A DNA stretch of 64,000 nucleotides from Bacteroidota bacterium (lineage in GTDB: Bacteria > Bacteroidota > Ignavibacteria > UBA10030 > UBA8401): the NCBI GenBank assembly GCA_049578505.1, contig JBAUMC010000039.1, forward strand, positions 29,498 through 93,497, in the 5' to 3' direction. Each line of letters starts with the position of its first letter. Positions within the stretch are counted from its first letter, which is position 1. Shown here in pieces: positions 51,997-61,169 of this stretch. Both the position numbers and the translations under genes were made by a program. The notes under the pieces are model-generated. The model made no database searches. It worked only from the letters and a program-made list of their open reading frames with translations, and had not been told where the DNA came from.

Positions 51997-52181
51997 TCCG
52001 CTTTCCGGGGCTCCTTGTTTTTCTTAAGTGATTTCTCAATCCCCCAACCCGCTAAAAAAATGACAAGGCCGATGATCAGCAGGTACAGTTCCAGCCACAT
52101 GCTTCCATTGATGCCGTCGACCAGCCCAATCATCACGGAGGCAATCCCCAGGGCTTCGAGTGTTTTGGCGAGTATTTTCAT
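51993..52181 (-). CDS. Small membrane protein (62 aa), tentative
   Basis: Two hydrophobic helices. It overlaps the rlmB start by 4 nt, which is an operon-like arrangement. Confidence 0.35.
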   Translation of the reverse strand: MKILAKTLEALGIASVMIGLVDGINGSMWLELYLLIIGLVIFLAGWGIEKSLKKNKEPRKAE

Positions 52182-52247
52182 CGTAGCATCTTTGCAGCTT
52201 CTGCCGACCCGAAGGGTTCCCTCGGAAAGGCATCACTTCGGGAGCGG

Positions 52248-52493
52248 TTAAGAATCTTTCTTGTTCAAAAATTTCAGCAATTGCAGCTCCGAGACCCGGT
52301 ACTGAAACGCAAATACCCCGTCGATCAATATCACAGGTATGCGTTCATAGTACTCTTCAAATTCCCGGCTCTCCTGAACGATCTTTTTTTCTTTCAAATC
52401 AAACGCGACTTTTTTTTGCGCTTGCAAGAGCACATTTCTCGCTTCATCGCACAAATGACATTCGTTTTTTGAGATGAGCGTTACGGTTTTCAT
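52248..52493 (-). CDS. Glutaredoxin-like thioredoxin-fold protein (CxxC)
   Basis: An 81 aa ORF with a CHLC redox motif near the N-terminus and a 4-nt overlap with lgt. Confidence 0.6.
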   Translation of the reverse strand: MKTVTLISKNECHLCDEARNVLLQAQKKVAFDLKEKKIVQESREFEEYYERIPVILIDGVFAFQYRVSELQLLKFLNKKDS

Positions 52494-53311
52494 CGCGAGG
52501 GTTCTTTCCCCTCTGGCGGGATCATCCTAAGTCCATAAACGCCGAAAAGGATGAGAGGTATAGAAATCAGTTGGGCCTCCGAAAGGCCGAAGAGTATTCT
52601 GGGGTTGAGGCGGAGAAATTCTATCGCAAACCGTTCAGAACCTGCCGCGATAAGGTACCACATGAACATCCGCCCGGTCCCGACAATTTTTGTCCGATAT
52701 TTCCAGAGCACGGCGAACAGAATTGTGCAGATAATGAATTCATAGATGGGTGTTGGCTGGCAGAGCGTGTTATCCGGAACAACCCCGTTTGGAAATTTTG
52801 AAGTTATTTCAGAAAAACCCTTAAAGGCTAGCGACGGGGGATACGTGCCGTTGGAATAATCCGTTCCCCACGGAAGCGTCGTCGGGAATCCATAATCTCC
52901 GTCGCCGGAAAGATGGCAGCCGATACGCGCGATCCCGTATGCCCAGAGTAAACCCGGAGCTGTTGCGTCCGCGATGGTAAGGAACTTCACTTTCTTCTTT
53001 TTTGCGAAGAGGTATATCAGCCATGCTGCAAGGAGAAAACCGCCGTACCACGTAAGGCCGCCGGGAGAGAACGTCATTCCGACCGGGTCAGCAATAAAGA
53101 AGTTCCAGCTTTCGATGAGGTATAATATTTTTGAACCAGCAACACCGCCGAATAGCGCAATGATGGTAATGGTGCTGCCGAGTTCCGGGTCTATTTTTTT
53201 CCTCTTCAGTTCGCTCGTCAGTATGAGACTGGCAATGATGAACGAGGTGCCAAGCATCAAGCCAAAGCTGTACACCGGAAAGCCGAAAATTTCGAAGAGT
53301 TTCGGATGCAT
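52490..53311 (-). CDS. lgt: Prolipoprotein diacylglyceryl transferase
   Basis: Multi-TM protein with the Lgt signature region (YGIARIGCHLSGDGDYG). Confidence 0.9.
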   Translation of the reverse strand: MHPKLFEIFGFPVYSFGLMLGTSFIIASLILTSELKRKKIDPELGSTITIIALFGGVAGSKILYLIESWNFFIADPVGMTFSPGGLTWYGGFLLAAWLIYLFAKKKKVKFLTIADATAPGLLWAYGIARIGCHLSGDGDYGFPTTLPWGTDYSNGTYPPSLAFKGFSEITSKFPNGVVPDNTLCQPTPIYEFIICTILFAVLWKYRTKIVGTGRMFMWYLIAAGSERFAIEFLRLNPRILFGLSEAQLISIPLILFGVYGLRMIPPEGKEPSR

Positions 53312-53799
53312 TACAATTTCTTTCTTAGTGGAGAACGCTCCGGCAACCGTTTTATGTCCGGTTTGTGTTTTGGAATTTCCATTTCTTTCGGGCGTTGTTC
53401 TTCAAACTCTGCATCCGTAGTGTAGACTGACACAAACGGTGTCCCGGTAATGCTCTGAACAGCAATTGAAGTAGGAGAAATTTTAATTCTAAATTCGTTC
53501 GTTTCTCCGTCGATTTTCTTCAGGATGAAGGTTTGCGTTCCCTTGAGGTCAAAATAGACTTTTTTAAATTGCGCTCCCCCGAAAGAAGGCATGAGCAATT
53601 CGGGAGCCCTCAATCCGTGCAGCGACCAGGTCAGCCGCTTCTCTTCGCGCGTTTCTTCAACGACAACCTCATAACTGAAATTGCTGAACTGCTTCACCGT
53701 CTCGATCAAAAATAAGATTCCAGCCTTCTTCAGCGTCTCATCGTACGAAGGCTGAATAAGCATTCTGTACTCGCCACCTTTATGTTTCTTCTTTGCCAT
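53311..53799 (-). CDS. Hypothetical protein (162 aa)
   Basis: Intact ORF packed between hisS and lgt with 1-nt overlaps on both sides. Confidence 0.5.
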   Translation of the reverse strand: MAKKKHKGGEYRMLIQPSYDETLKKAGILFLIETVKQFSNFSYEVVVEETREEKRLTWSLHGLRAPELLMPSFGGAQFKKVYFDLKGTQTFILKKIDGETNEFRIKISPTSIAVQSITGTPFVSVYTTDAEFEEQRPKEMEIPKHKPDIKRLPERSPLRKKL

Positions 53800-55076
53800 T
53801 ATGATCCCGTCCTGGAAAATTCCGCGGCAATTTCTTTCAACACAACTTCTTTCCGTTCCCCCGTGCGCATGTTTTTAAGACCGGCCTTTCCGGAATTAAG
53901 CTCCTGCTGGCCGACGACGAGAACGAAGGTAGCCTGCTGCCGGTCGGCGTCTCGCATCTGCGCTTTCAGGCTCCGTCGAAGAAAATCCGATTCGACCGCA
54001 ACCCCTTTTGCCCGGAGCTCCATCGTTGTGGAGATAACCCATTGGCGTGATGCCTCGTCCGCCGCCGCAATAAACAACTCTGGATTCACCTCTGCAGTTT
54101 CTGTGGACCCGGTTTTTTCCAGAACCATCATGAGCCGTTCGATGCCTGCTGCGAATCCCACACCGGGTGTTGGTTTGCCGCCGAGTTCCTGGGTAAGCAA
54201 ATCGTACCGGCCGCCTCCAGCGAGGGCATCCTGTGAACCGAGAGCCGTGCTCGTCAGTTCGAAGGCAGTTTTCGTATAGTAATCCAGCCCGCGCACCAAT
54301 CTTCCATCCACACTGAAAGGAATATGAAAGGCCTCAAGATATTTTTTCACGCTATCGAAATGGTCGGCACATTCTGCGCAGAGGTAGTCGCTGATCATTG
54401 GCATCGCTGCGGTAAGCTTCCGGTCGTTCTCCTCCTTTGAATCTAGAACGCGCATCGGATTATTCTCAATGCGGCGTTGACTGTCGGGAGAGAGCTGCGC
54501 CGCGATCTTCCGGAGTTCGGTTTGCAGGACTTCCCGATAATGAGGGCGGCACTTTTCACATCCCACCGAGTTTAGCTTCAGGGAATATTCTGTCAATGAG
54601 AGTTCTTGGTAAATGCAGATCGTCATGGCGATGATCTCAGCATCCACCTCCGGTTGCTGCGAGCCGATCGCCTCGGCGCCAAATTGATGAAACTGTCTCA
54701 GCCGTCCCGCTTGCGGTCGTTCCTGTCGGAACATCGGGCCGATGTAATATACCTTGACGAGCGGTTGCGCTTCACCGAGATTATTCTGGATATATGCACG
54801 AATAACCGAGGCGGTTCCTTCAGGCCTCAATGTGATACTGTCGTCGCTCCGGTCGGTGAAGGTATACATTTCCTTTCCTACAATATCGGTCAATTCTCCG
54901 ATACTTCGCGCAAAGAGTGCGGTTTGCTCGAATACGGGCGTTCGAATTTCTTTATAGTTGAAACGATGGAAGACTCTGCGCATCACGGATTCAACGTGTT
55001 GCCAGCGCACAGCTTCGCCGGGTAGTATATCTTTGGTGCCCCGAATCGATTTGAATGTCACTGTAGTTCTCGCCAT
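53799..55076 (-). CDS. hisS: Histidine--tRNA ligase
   Basis: Class II aaRS motifs are present, with the N-terminus IRGTKDILP, and a C-terminal anticodon-binding domain. Start chosen at MARTTVTFKSIRGT. Confidence 0.9.
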   Translation of the reverse strand: MARTTVTFKSIRGTKDILPGEAVRWQHVESVMRRVFHRFNYKEIRTPVFEQTALFARSIGELTDIVGKEMYTFTDRSDDSITLRPEGTASVIRAYIQNNLGEAQPLVKVYYIGPMFRQERPQAGRLRQFHQFGAEAIGSQQPEVDAEIIAMTICIYQELSLTEYSLKLNSVGCEKCRPHYREVLQTELRKIAAQLSPDSQRRIENNPMRVLDSKEENDRKLTAAMPMISDYLCAECADHFDSVKKYLEAFHIPFSVDGRLVRGLDYYTKTAFELTSTALGSQDALAGGGRYDLLTQELGGKPTPGVGFAAGIERLMMVLEKTGSTETAEVNPELFIAAADEASRQWVISTTMELRAKGVAVESDFLRRSLKAQMRDADRQQATFVLVVGQQELNSGKAGLKNMRTGERKEVVLKEIAAEFSRTGS

Positions 55077-55241
55077 TGTAATGAACCGCCGCATGCACCC
55101 GCGAAGCAAAGAGAATCGCCTCGATGTGACGCCGTACTGCTTGTCGATAGTTTACGATAAGTGAAAAAGAATCTGGCGCAGGGATGAATGGCGGTCAACT
55201 GATGTGTGGCTGGAGTATTGATAGTAGTTTACTCAACGGGA

Positions 55242-55712
55242 TCAGTTATCGAAGTACGTTGCTTCCTCCGTCCGAAAGATTTCGAGAACGTCTTTCGGGC
55301 TAGCGGCCGACAATAATTTTTTTCGAAACTCTTCCTTGTTCATCAGCCTTGAGATACGGCTCAACAATTTGATATGCGGTCCGACCATGCTGTCTTTGCC
55401 GACAAGGAGGAAAATCAGGCGAACGGGTTGTTCATCCAGCGATTGGTAATCGATCGGTGCAGCGGTGACGGCAAATGCGGCGACGATATCGGAAACCGCA
55501 TCGGTCTTTCCATGGGGAATTGCAAATCCGTTGCCGACGCCGGTGGACATGATCTTCTCCCGGTCAAAAATTGCTTCTCGTACTTTTTCTTTGTCGAGTA
55601 CTTTTTTTGAAGAGGCGACGATGTCGATCATCCGCGAAATGACTTCATCTTTGGAGTTCCCCGCTAGCTGCGTCCTGACCGACGATTCATCGAGAATGTC
55701 GCTGATTTTCAT
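55242..55712 (-). CDS. ptsN: PTS EIIA(Ntr)-type nitrogen regulatory protein
   Basis: PTS_EIIA_2 fold with the phosphorylatable His context GNGFAIPHGK. Confidence 0.8.
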   Translation of the reverse strand: MKISDILDESSVRTQLAGNSKDEVISRMIDIVASSKKVLDKEKVREAIFDREKIMSTGVGNGFAIPHGKTDAVSDIVAAFAVTAAPIDYQSLDEQPVRLIFLLVGKDSMVGPHIKLLSRISRLMNKEEFRKKLLSAASPKDVLEIFRTEEATYFDN

Positions 55713-55857
55713 GTTCGAAACAGTCTCCTAATCCATAAAACGTGCTTGCTAATATACGGTTTTGAGGTTGAAATGTAAAGCGGCGAATGCCGATTCGAGG
55801 TGGGAGGAAGAAAATCAAACTGCATTTCAATCTCAGCGATAGGATGTTCGTGCAGCA

Positions 55858-58374
55858 TCATGACTCGCTCAAGTCCCTCCACATCAGAATTTTTTCCTCA
55901 TAGGCATTCAAGAGAGACAACGCGGTATCTTTCAAAGTCGATTCAGCGCTGATATGGAACAAGGGCTCGGCGGTGTCCGGCCGCATCAGTACTGATGTCG
56001 ATGCCGCATCATTCTCGAAGATTATTTTGATCCCGTCGACAAGAATGCGGTTCATCCCTTCGGTTTCATGCATCATGTGGCGCATCACTTTCCCCTTGCG
56101 CTCCCATGGGCAGTAGACGCTCCGTTTCATGAGATGTAGGGCCGGCACTTCTTTCTCCAAAGTTCCGAATCGCTTTCCTGCAAGGGCCATCATTTCCAGA
56201 ATTTTTGCAACGCTGTACATGCCGTCACTTGCAAAGAGAAAGTCGGGGAAAATGAACCCTCCTTTTGTTCCTCCGATAAACTGCACATCTTTTGACGTTG
56301 AAGCTTCCATCAATGAGAGATGGCTGTCCCTTGTTTTGATGACCTCAATCCCCTTGCCTTCAGCCATCAAATCGATTTCAGCCGACGCGGTGATAGGCAC
56401 TGCTATTTTCTTTGCCCCGGGATTCACGCTGAGATACAGCGACGTTATCAACGTCAACAACCTGTCATTTTCGATGAAGTTTCCGTTTTCATCCACAACG
56501 AAAACTTTTTCTGCTCCTGCATCGATCAAAAAGCCGACGTCGTATCCGAGCGAGGTGACAATGTGCGAGAGCTGTTTCACCGCCGCATCGAATTCGACTT
56601 TGTCGCGGGTCAATTTTTTGGGGTCGAGATAGGCGTTTAGAGCAAGGGCCTGACATTGGAGGGAGCCTAGAATATTCGGGAAAATTGTCGATGCGACGCC
56701 GTTGGAATAATCGATAACCAGTTTGAACCTTGCCTGCGAGACCGCGGACGTGTTGATCGTGGAAAGGAATTTTTCAACGTAACTTTCCTGTGCCCTCTCG
56801 GGGAAGCTGATGCCACCGACGCTTTTATAGCTTGCGCGCGGAAAATCCTCGCCGAAGAAGAGCCGTTCAACCGCCTTGGTTTTGTTCGACGGCAAATCTT
56901 TTCCATTATGGTCGAAGAAAATAATGTCCGTGAGATTTTTGTCGAAAGGGGATTTTCGCACATGGATTCCGCCTGCGTTTTTTTCGCCGCGAAGCTCGTG
57001 CCGAAGGATCGGAATTGATGTCGCGCGCAAGTCGTTGGTTTGGACTCCCGCAGACATCAACCCGCACATGAAAGCGCGATTGATCATCCGGGAGACGTTG
57101 TCGGAGTCACGGCTCGTAAGGACGGCTTTCCCTTTTCCGACAAACGCCCCGAAGGCCGTGCCGAGTTTTGCTCCGAATTCCGGGTTCATTTCAATATTGG
57201 AAAGACCGGTAATGCGCGAGTCGCTGAACAATTCCCGCAGCCATTTATCTTCCCACACGAGGCTTCGTGTGAGAATCGCCCCGTCCTCGACGACTTTCCC
57301 CGGCCAAAGCTTAATGTTCGAAGCAAGCCTGCTTTCTTTTCCAATAACACACATGTCACCGAGGAAGACGTTGTCATCAATCCGGGCAGACTCGCCGATC
57401 TCTGATTTTTTCCCGAGGACGCAAGAGGAAAGCTCCGCGTGTCGTCCTATCTTGCTTTTTGCCCAGATAATTGAATCGCGGATCACCGCTCCTCCTTCGA
57501 TCACGCAGTCATCCCCGAGGACGGACCTTATTATTTTTACGTCTGCGTCAATCATGCAATTTTTGCCAATCAACACCGTTCCCTGTAAGTTTTCCGGCGA
57601 CGTGAGAATTGTAGACTTCTCGCCGACATAACAGTTCCCTTTTTTTTCTCCTTCAAAGTCGAGCTGCACCTGACCGTCCAATGCATCAAGATGGGCTTCC
57701 TGGTATTCGTTGAGATTTCCGACGTCGCGCCAATAGCCGTCCGATATATAACCGTACAATCCCGCGTCCTGTTCAAGCAGTATCGGAAAAAGATTTTTGC
57801 TGAAATCAAAATCCTGCTGAAAAGGAACACGGTCAAGCACTTCGGGCTCCAGGATGTAAATGCCGGTGTTGATTGTGTCGCTGAAGACTTCTCCCCATGA
57901 GGGTTTCTCCAGAAAGCGGGTGATTTTTCCTTCGGGGTTGGTGATGACGACGCCGAATTGTAACGGATTTTTTGCGTGCGTGAGCACAAGTGTTGCTTTC
58001 GCCCTCTTCTTTTCGTGGAATGCTATCGCCTTGGAAAGGTCGAAGTCTGTTAGCACGTCGCCGCTGATGACGATGAAACGTTCATCAAGAAAATCTGCTG
58101 CGTTGCGGACACTTCCGGCCGTACCGTAGTCTGCTTCTGCCTGCCGATATTGCATTCTGATGCCGAATGACGACCCATCGCCAAAAAACGACGTTATGCT
58201 TTCCGGTTGGTAAAAGAGAGTCGACACAATATCCTTTATGCCGTATCTCTTTAACAAGCTGACGATGTGCTGCATCATCGGCTTGTTCATCATCGGTACC
58301 ATCGGTTTTGGGATGTTGCACGTAAGAGGGCGGAGCCTCGTCCCGAATCCGCCGGACATGATTACTGCTTTCAT
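55858..58374 (-). CDS. Bifunctional sugar-phosphate nucleotidyltransferase (GDP-mannose pyrophosphorylase-like) fused to a phosphomannomutase/phosphoglucomutase domain
   Basis: The N-terminus AVIMSGGFGTRLRPLT is an NTP_transferase motif. It is followed by left-handed beta-helix repeats, and the C-terminal ~450 aa carry alpha-D-phosphohexomutase domains. Start chosen at the Met giving the canonical N-terminus. Confidence 0.8.
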   Translation of the reverse strand: MKAVIMSGGFGTRLRPLTCNIPKPMVPMMNKPMMQHIVSLLKRYGIKDIVSTLFYQPESITSFFGDGSSFGIRMQYRQAEADYGTAGSVRNAADFLDERFIVISGDVLTDFDLSKAIAFHEKKRAKATLVLTHAKNPLQFGVVITNPEGKITRFLEKPSWGEVFSDTINTGIYILEPEVLDRVPFQQDFDFSKNLFPILLEQDAGLYGYISDGYWRDVGNLNEYQEAHLDALDGQVQLDFEGEKKGNCYVGEKSTILTSPENLQGTVLIGKNCMIDADVKIIRSVLGDDCVIEGGAVIRDSIIWAKSKIGRHAELSSCVLGKKSEIGESARIDDNVFLGDMCVIGKESRLASNIKLWPGKVVEDGAILTRSLVWEDKWLRELFSDSRITGLSNIEMNPEFGAKLGTAFGAFVGKGKAVLTSRDSDNVSRMINRAFMCGLMSAGVQTNDLRATSIPILRHELRGEKNAGGIHVRKSPFDKNLTDIIFFDHNGKDLPSNKTKAVERLFFGEDFPRASYKSVGGISFPERAQESYVEKFLSTINTSAVSQARFKLVIDYSNGVASTIFPNILGSLQCQALALNAYLDPKKLTRDKVEFDAAVKQLSHIVTSLGYDVGFLIDAGAEKVFVVDENGNFIENDRLLTLITSLYLSVNPGAKKIAVPITASAEIDLMAEGKGIEVIKTRDSHLSLMEASTSKDVQFIGGTKGGFIFPDFLFASDGMYSVAKILEMMALAGKRFGTLEKEVPALHLMKRSVYCPWERKGKVMRHMMHETEGMNRILVDGIKIIFENDAASTSVLMRPDTAEPLFHISAESTLKDTALSLLNAYEEKILMWRDLSES

Positions 58375-58950
58375 AGGAGAGAAATTTTTAGTGAAAAGAG
58401 GGAGCCAACGCTTACACAAAATAGTACTAAAAAAAAACTTGGCCTTCAACCGGATACTGGTGCATTTTGCATTACTTGGCGTCCTTCGCGTCCTTGGCGG
58501 TTAAAAGAAAAACCGCAAAGGACGCCAAGGGGCGCGGCGAACTCTTTGAAGGAATGCAGATAGTCTACCTCGCATTCGAAATGCATCACCACCTTCAACC
58601 GCGAAGGGACCTATAATTCTTAACGGGGACCTGATAGTTGGGTGTACCGTCTGAAATATTCTGTAAAAATGATTGTTTCGCGGCGAACGACAATTGGTTC
58701 TGCTTGAATTAAGTTAGCTCATAAAAGGAGGGGCGCTTCCGTCAAGTGGGCGACGTTACATTTTACCGATAGTTCGGTAGAAGCTAGACATCTTGGTCGG
58801 AATGTGAAACATTTGGTATAGTATCTTGGCTAGGTCTCCGCCATCTGCATAAACCGAGACACCGCTTTTAGGCTATTTATCTTGACTTTCGTGCCGGAAT
58901 TGGATAAATTTATACACTTTACGCGATTTCTGTAAACCTTAGGACTCAGA

Positions 58951-60921
58951 ATGCCGGAAAACAAGCGGGGAATCGCCTTTCAGAGCGTCTTTTCTAAGAT
59001 TTCACTTCAGGAAGGCGTCGTTGCTGGCATAGGAGTCCTTCTGTTTTTTTTAGGATTGTGGTCGGCCGCGATTCTGACGAAGCTCTTCTGCTTTATCATC
59101 ACGGGGATTGCGGCGTACTATGTACTCGATTCATTGCGCGGGAGAAGACATCCACCATCGGACAATGACTCTTCGATTCCTGCTGACTCGGAAAGTGATG
59201 ATGTAGAAAATTTTCGGACAGACAGAGCTGAGACAGGCGAAGAAGCCGTTGACGAGCAATTCGACAGAAGAAAGAGCGACATCTTTTCTGAGCATGCCAT
59301 AGCAGAAAACAGAGCGGAACTCGAAGATAAAGAAATCCGATTTGAGGAACCGGCCCAACGGGCCCACGATGCTATTGTTTACTCTCCCTCGGACTTCGTT
59401 GACGATGAGCAGGCCTTGATAGAAGGAGGCCGACAGGAACCGAGGAGTGAATTTAATTTCCTCCTGCAAAAAACCTTATCGGTAATCAAAGAGGTTGTAT
59501 TTGCCAATTCTGTCTCGTTCTTCTGGGTGAACCAGGAATCGCAGCAACTTATTCTCGAAGCCAAATTCACGGACAGCCAGGTATTCTCAACTTCGAGGAA
59601 ATTGCCTATCGGCAGCGACATTGTCAGCCAGATTGCGTTGTCCGGGAAGCCGGAGATTATGGGTCAGATTGCTGCCAATGCGGAGAGGGACATTGTTCCG
59701 TATTACGCCAGTTTGGAGGAAATAAAATCGTTTATCGGCGTTCCGGTGTTCTATCCAAGTCGGGAGGGCGAACGGCTGCCAGTTGCAGTTCTTGCGATTG
59801 ACAGTAAAGCAGATGATGCATATGGTCCGGAAACCGTTGATCTGCTTGCGAAATTTACAAAAATGCTCTCGGCAGTTCTAAAAAGTTCGACAGAGAAATA
59901 TGATCTCTTGAACGAGAGCGGAGTCTTGAAGACTGAAATGCGGTTTCGTGCTAAAGCTTTCGGCGAATCCGAGATCGCAAACATCGGGAACGCATTGGCA
60001 GAAGAAGTATCTACGCTTGTGCCGTGGGATGCTCTTGTGCTGATCCTGTTTGATGGAGCTCAGAAGCAGTGGGTGGTGGCAAACGTCAGGACGAGGCACA
60101 ACCATCGCTATGTCGTTGCGAAGCAACTTCTTGATTTTCATTCAAGCGTAGCTGGCAAAGCGATCAAGAATAATGCAGTCCAGGACATCGATGATTTATC
60201 GAAAACATCCGAACCGAGATTTTTGGTAAACGAGTCGTCGCTTGGGATGGCTCGGGTCGGCTCGTTCGTAGCAATTCCGATCGCTTCGACTAACAAGTGC
60301 TATGGTGCGCTGACTCTTGAATGTCGGGAAAAAAATTCGTACGGCTCGAAGGAAATTTCCTCGGTATCGCAATTAACGTCGATTGCAGGAATAGCTTTTG
60401 AGCTTCGCGAAGCGAACGATATCATAAAGGAATTTGTCGTCGTTGATGAAAGCACAGGGACGACATCAAAGAAATATTTCCTGCAGCGGCTTTCGGAAGA
60501 ATGGCAGCGGGCAGACGACGATGGCTCGGATGTTTCGTTATTGCTGTTTGCGATTTCGTCGCTCAACGATATAGTTGCTCGTTACGGCAGGGCTGGCAGC
60601 GAGGCGGCCGTTGCAAGAATCGCCTCGATCCTTCGTTCCAGCGTGCGCCCGTACGATGTCATCGGCCGGTTCGACCACGCGATATTTGCTGTTGTGCTGG
60701 TGAAGACGACATCCAACGACGCATATTTGTGGGCGGAGAAACTCCGGTCGGCGATCGCCAGTACCGTTGTATCATTCGAACAAAAAACATTTTCCGTGAC
60801 CGTGACCGTCGGAATCTGCGGTGCAGCCGAAGGGATGGATTCAAATGAATGTGTCTCGAATACGGTTCAGGTTTTGGAAAAGGCAAAAGAAGCCGGTGGA
60901 AATATCGTGAGAGTGTTTTAG
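58951..60921 (+). CDS. Membrane-anchored sensor with tandem GAF domains and a degenerate GGDEF domain
   Basis: Two TM helices are followed by an acidic linker and GAF-like regions. The C-terminal GGDEF fold has RFDHAIF in place of the RYGG(D/E)EF active-site motif. Confidence 0.8.
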   Translation: MPENKRGIAFQSVFSKISLQEGVVAGIGVLLFFLGLWSAAILTKLFCFIITGIAAYYVLDSLRGRRHPPSDNDSSIPADSESDDVENFRTDRAETGEEAVDEQFDRRKSDIFSEHAIAENRAELEDKEIRFEEPAQRAHDAIVYSPSDFVDDEQALIEGGRQEPRSEFNFLLQKTLSVIKEVVFANSVSFFWVNQESQQLILEAKFTDSQVFSTSRKLPIGSDIVSQIALSGKPEIMGQIAANAERDIVPYYASLEEIKSFIGVPVFYPSREGERLPVAVLAIDSKADDAYGPETVDLLAKFTKMLSAVLKSSTEKYDLLNESGVLKTEMRFRAKAFGESEIANIGNALAEEVSTLVPWDALVLILFDGAQKQWVVANVRTRHNHRYVVAKQLLDFHSSVAGKAIKNNAVQDIDDLSKTSEPRFLVNESSLGMARVGSFVAIPIASTNKCYGALTLECREKNSYGSKEISSVSQLTSIAGIAFELREANDIIKEFVVVDESTGTTSKKYFLQRLSEEWQRADDDGSDVSLLLFAISSLNDIVARYGRAGSEAAVARIASILRSSVRPYDVIGRFDHAIFAVVLVKTTSNDAYLWAEKLRSAIASTVVSFEQKTFSVTVTVGICGAAEGMDSNECVSNTVQVLEKAKEAGGNIVRVF

Positions 60922-60974
60922 AGGATTTGTAAGAAAAGAAAGAAGTCAATAATCTATTCAATAGTGAGGAGACA

Positions 60975-61169
60975 ATGGCAAAGCAACAAGATTTCGCCGA
61001 GAAAGTAAAAAAAGCAGGTGCAGAAAAAGGGACGAAATGCCCCAAGTGCGGGGCATTAAAAGTCCCGACTGCGTACATCCACTCGGTGAAAACGGAGATT
61101 GGATCGTATCGCTTCAATCGTTCTCTCGTTCAGGTTTGTAAATGTAACGAAAAAGAAGTCTACGCATAA
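60975..61169 (+). CDS. Small zinc-ribbon protein (CxxC...CxC)
   Basis: RBS GAGGAGA. It has four Cys in two pairs. Its stop abuts the deoB start. Confidence 0.5.
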   Translation: MAKQQDFAEKVKKAGAEKGTKCPKCGALKVPTAYIHSVKTEIGSYRFNRSLVQVCKCNEKEVYA

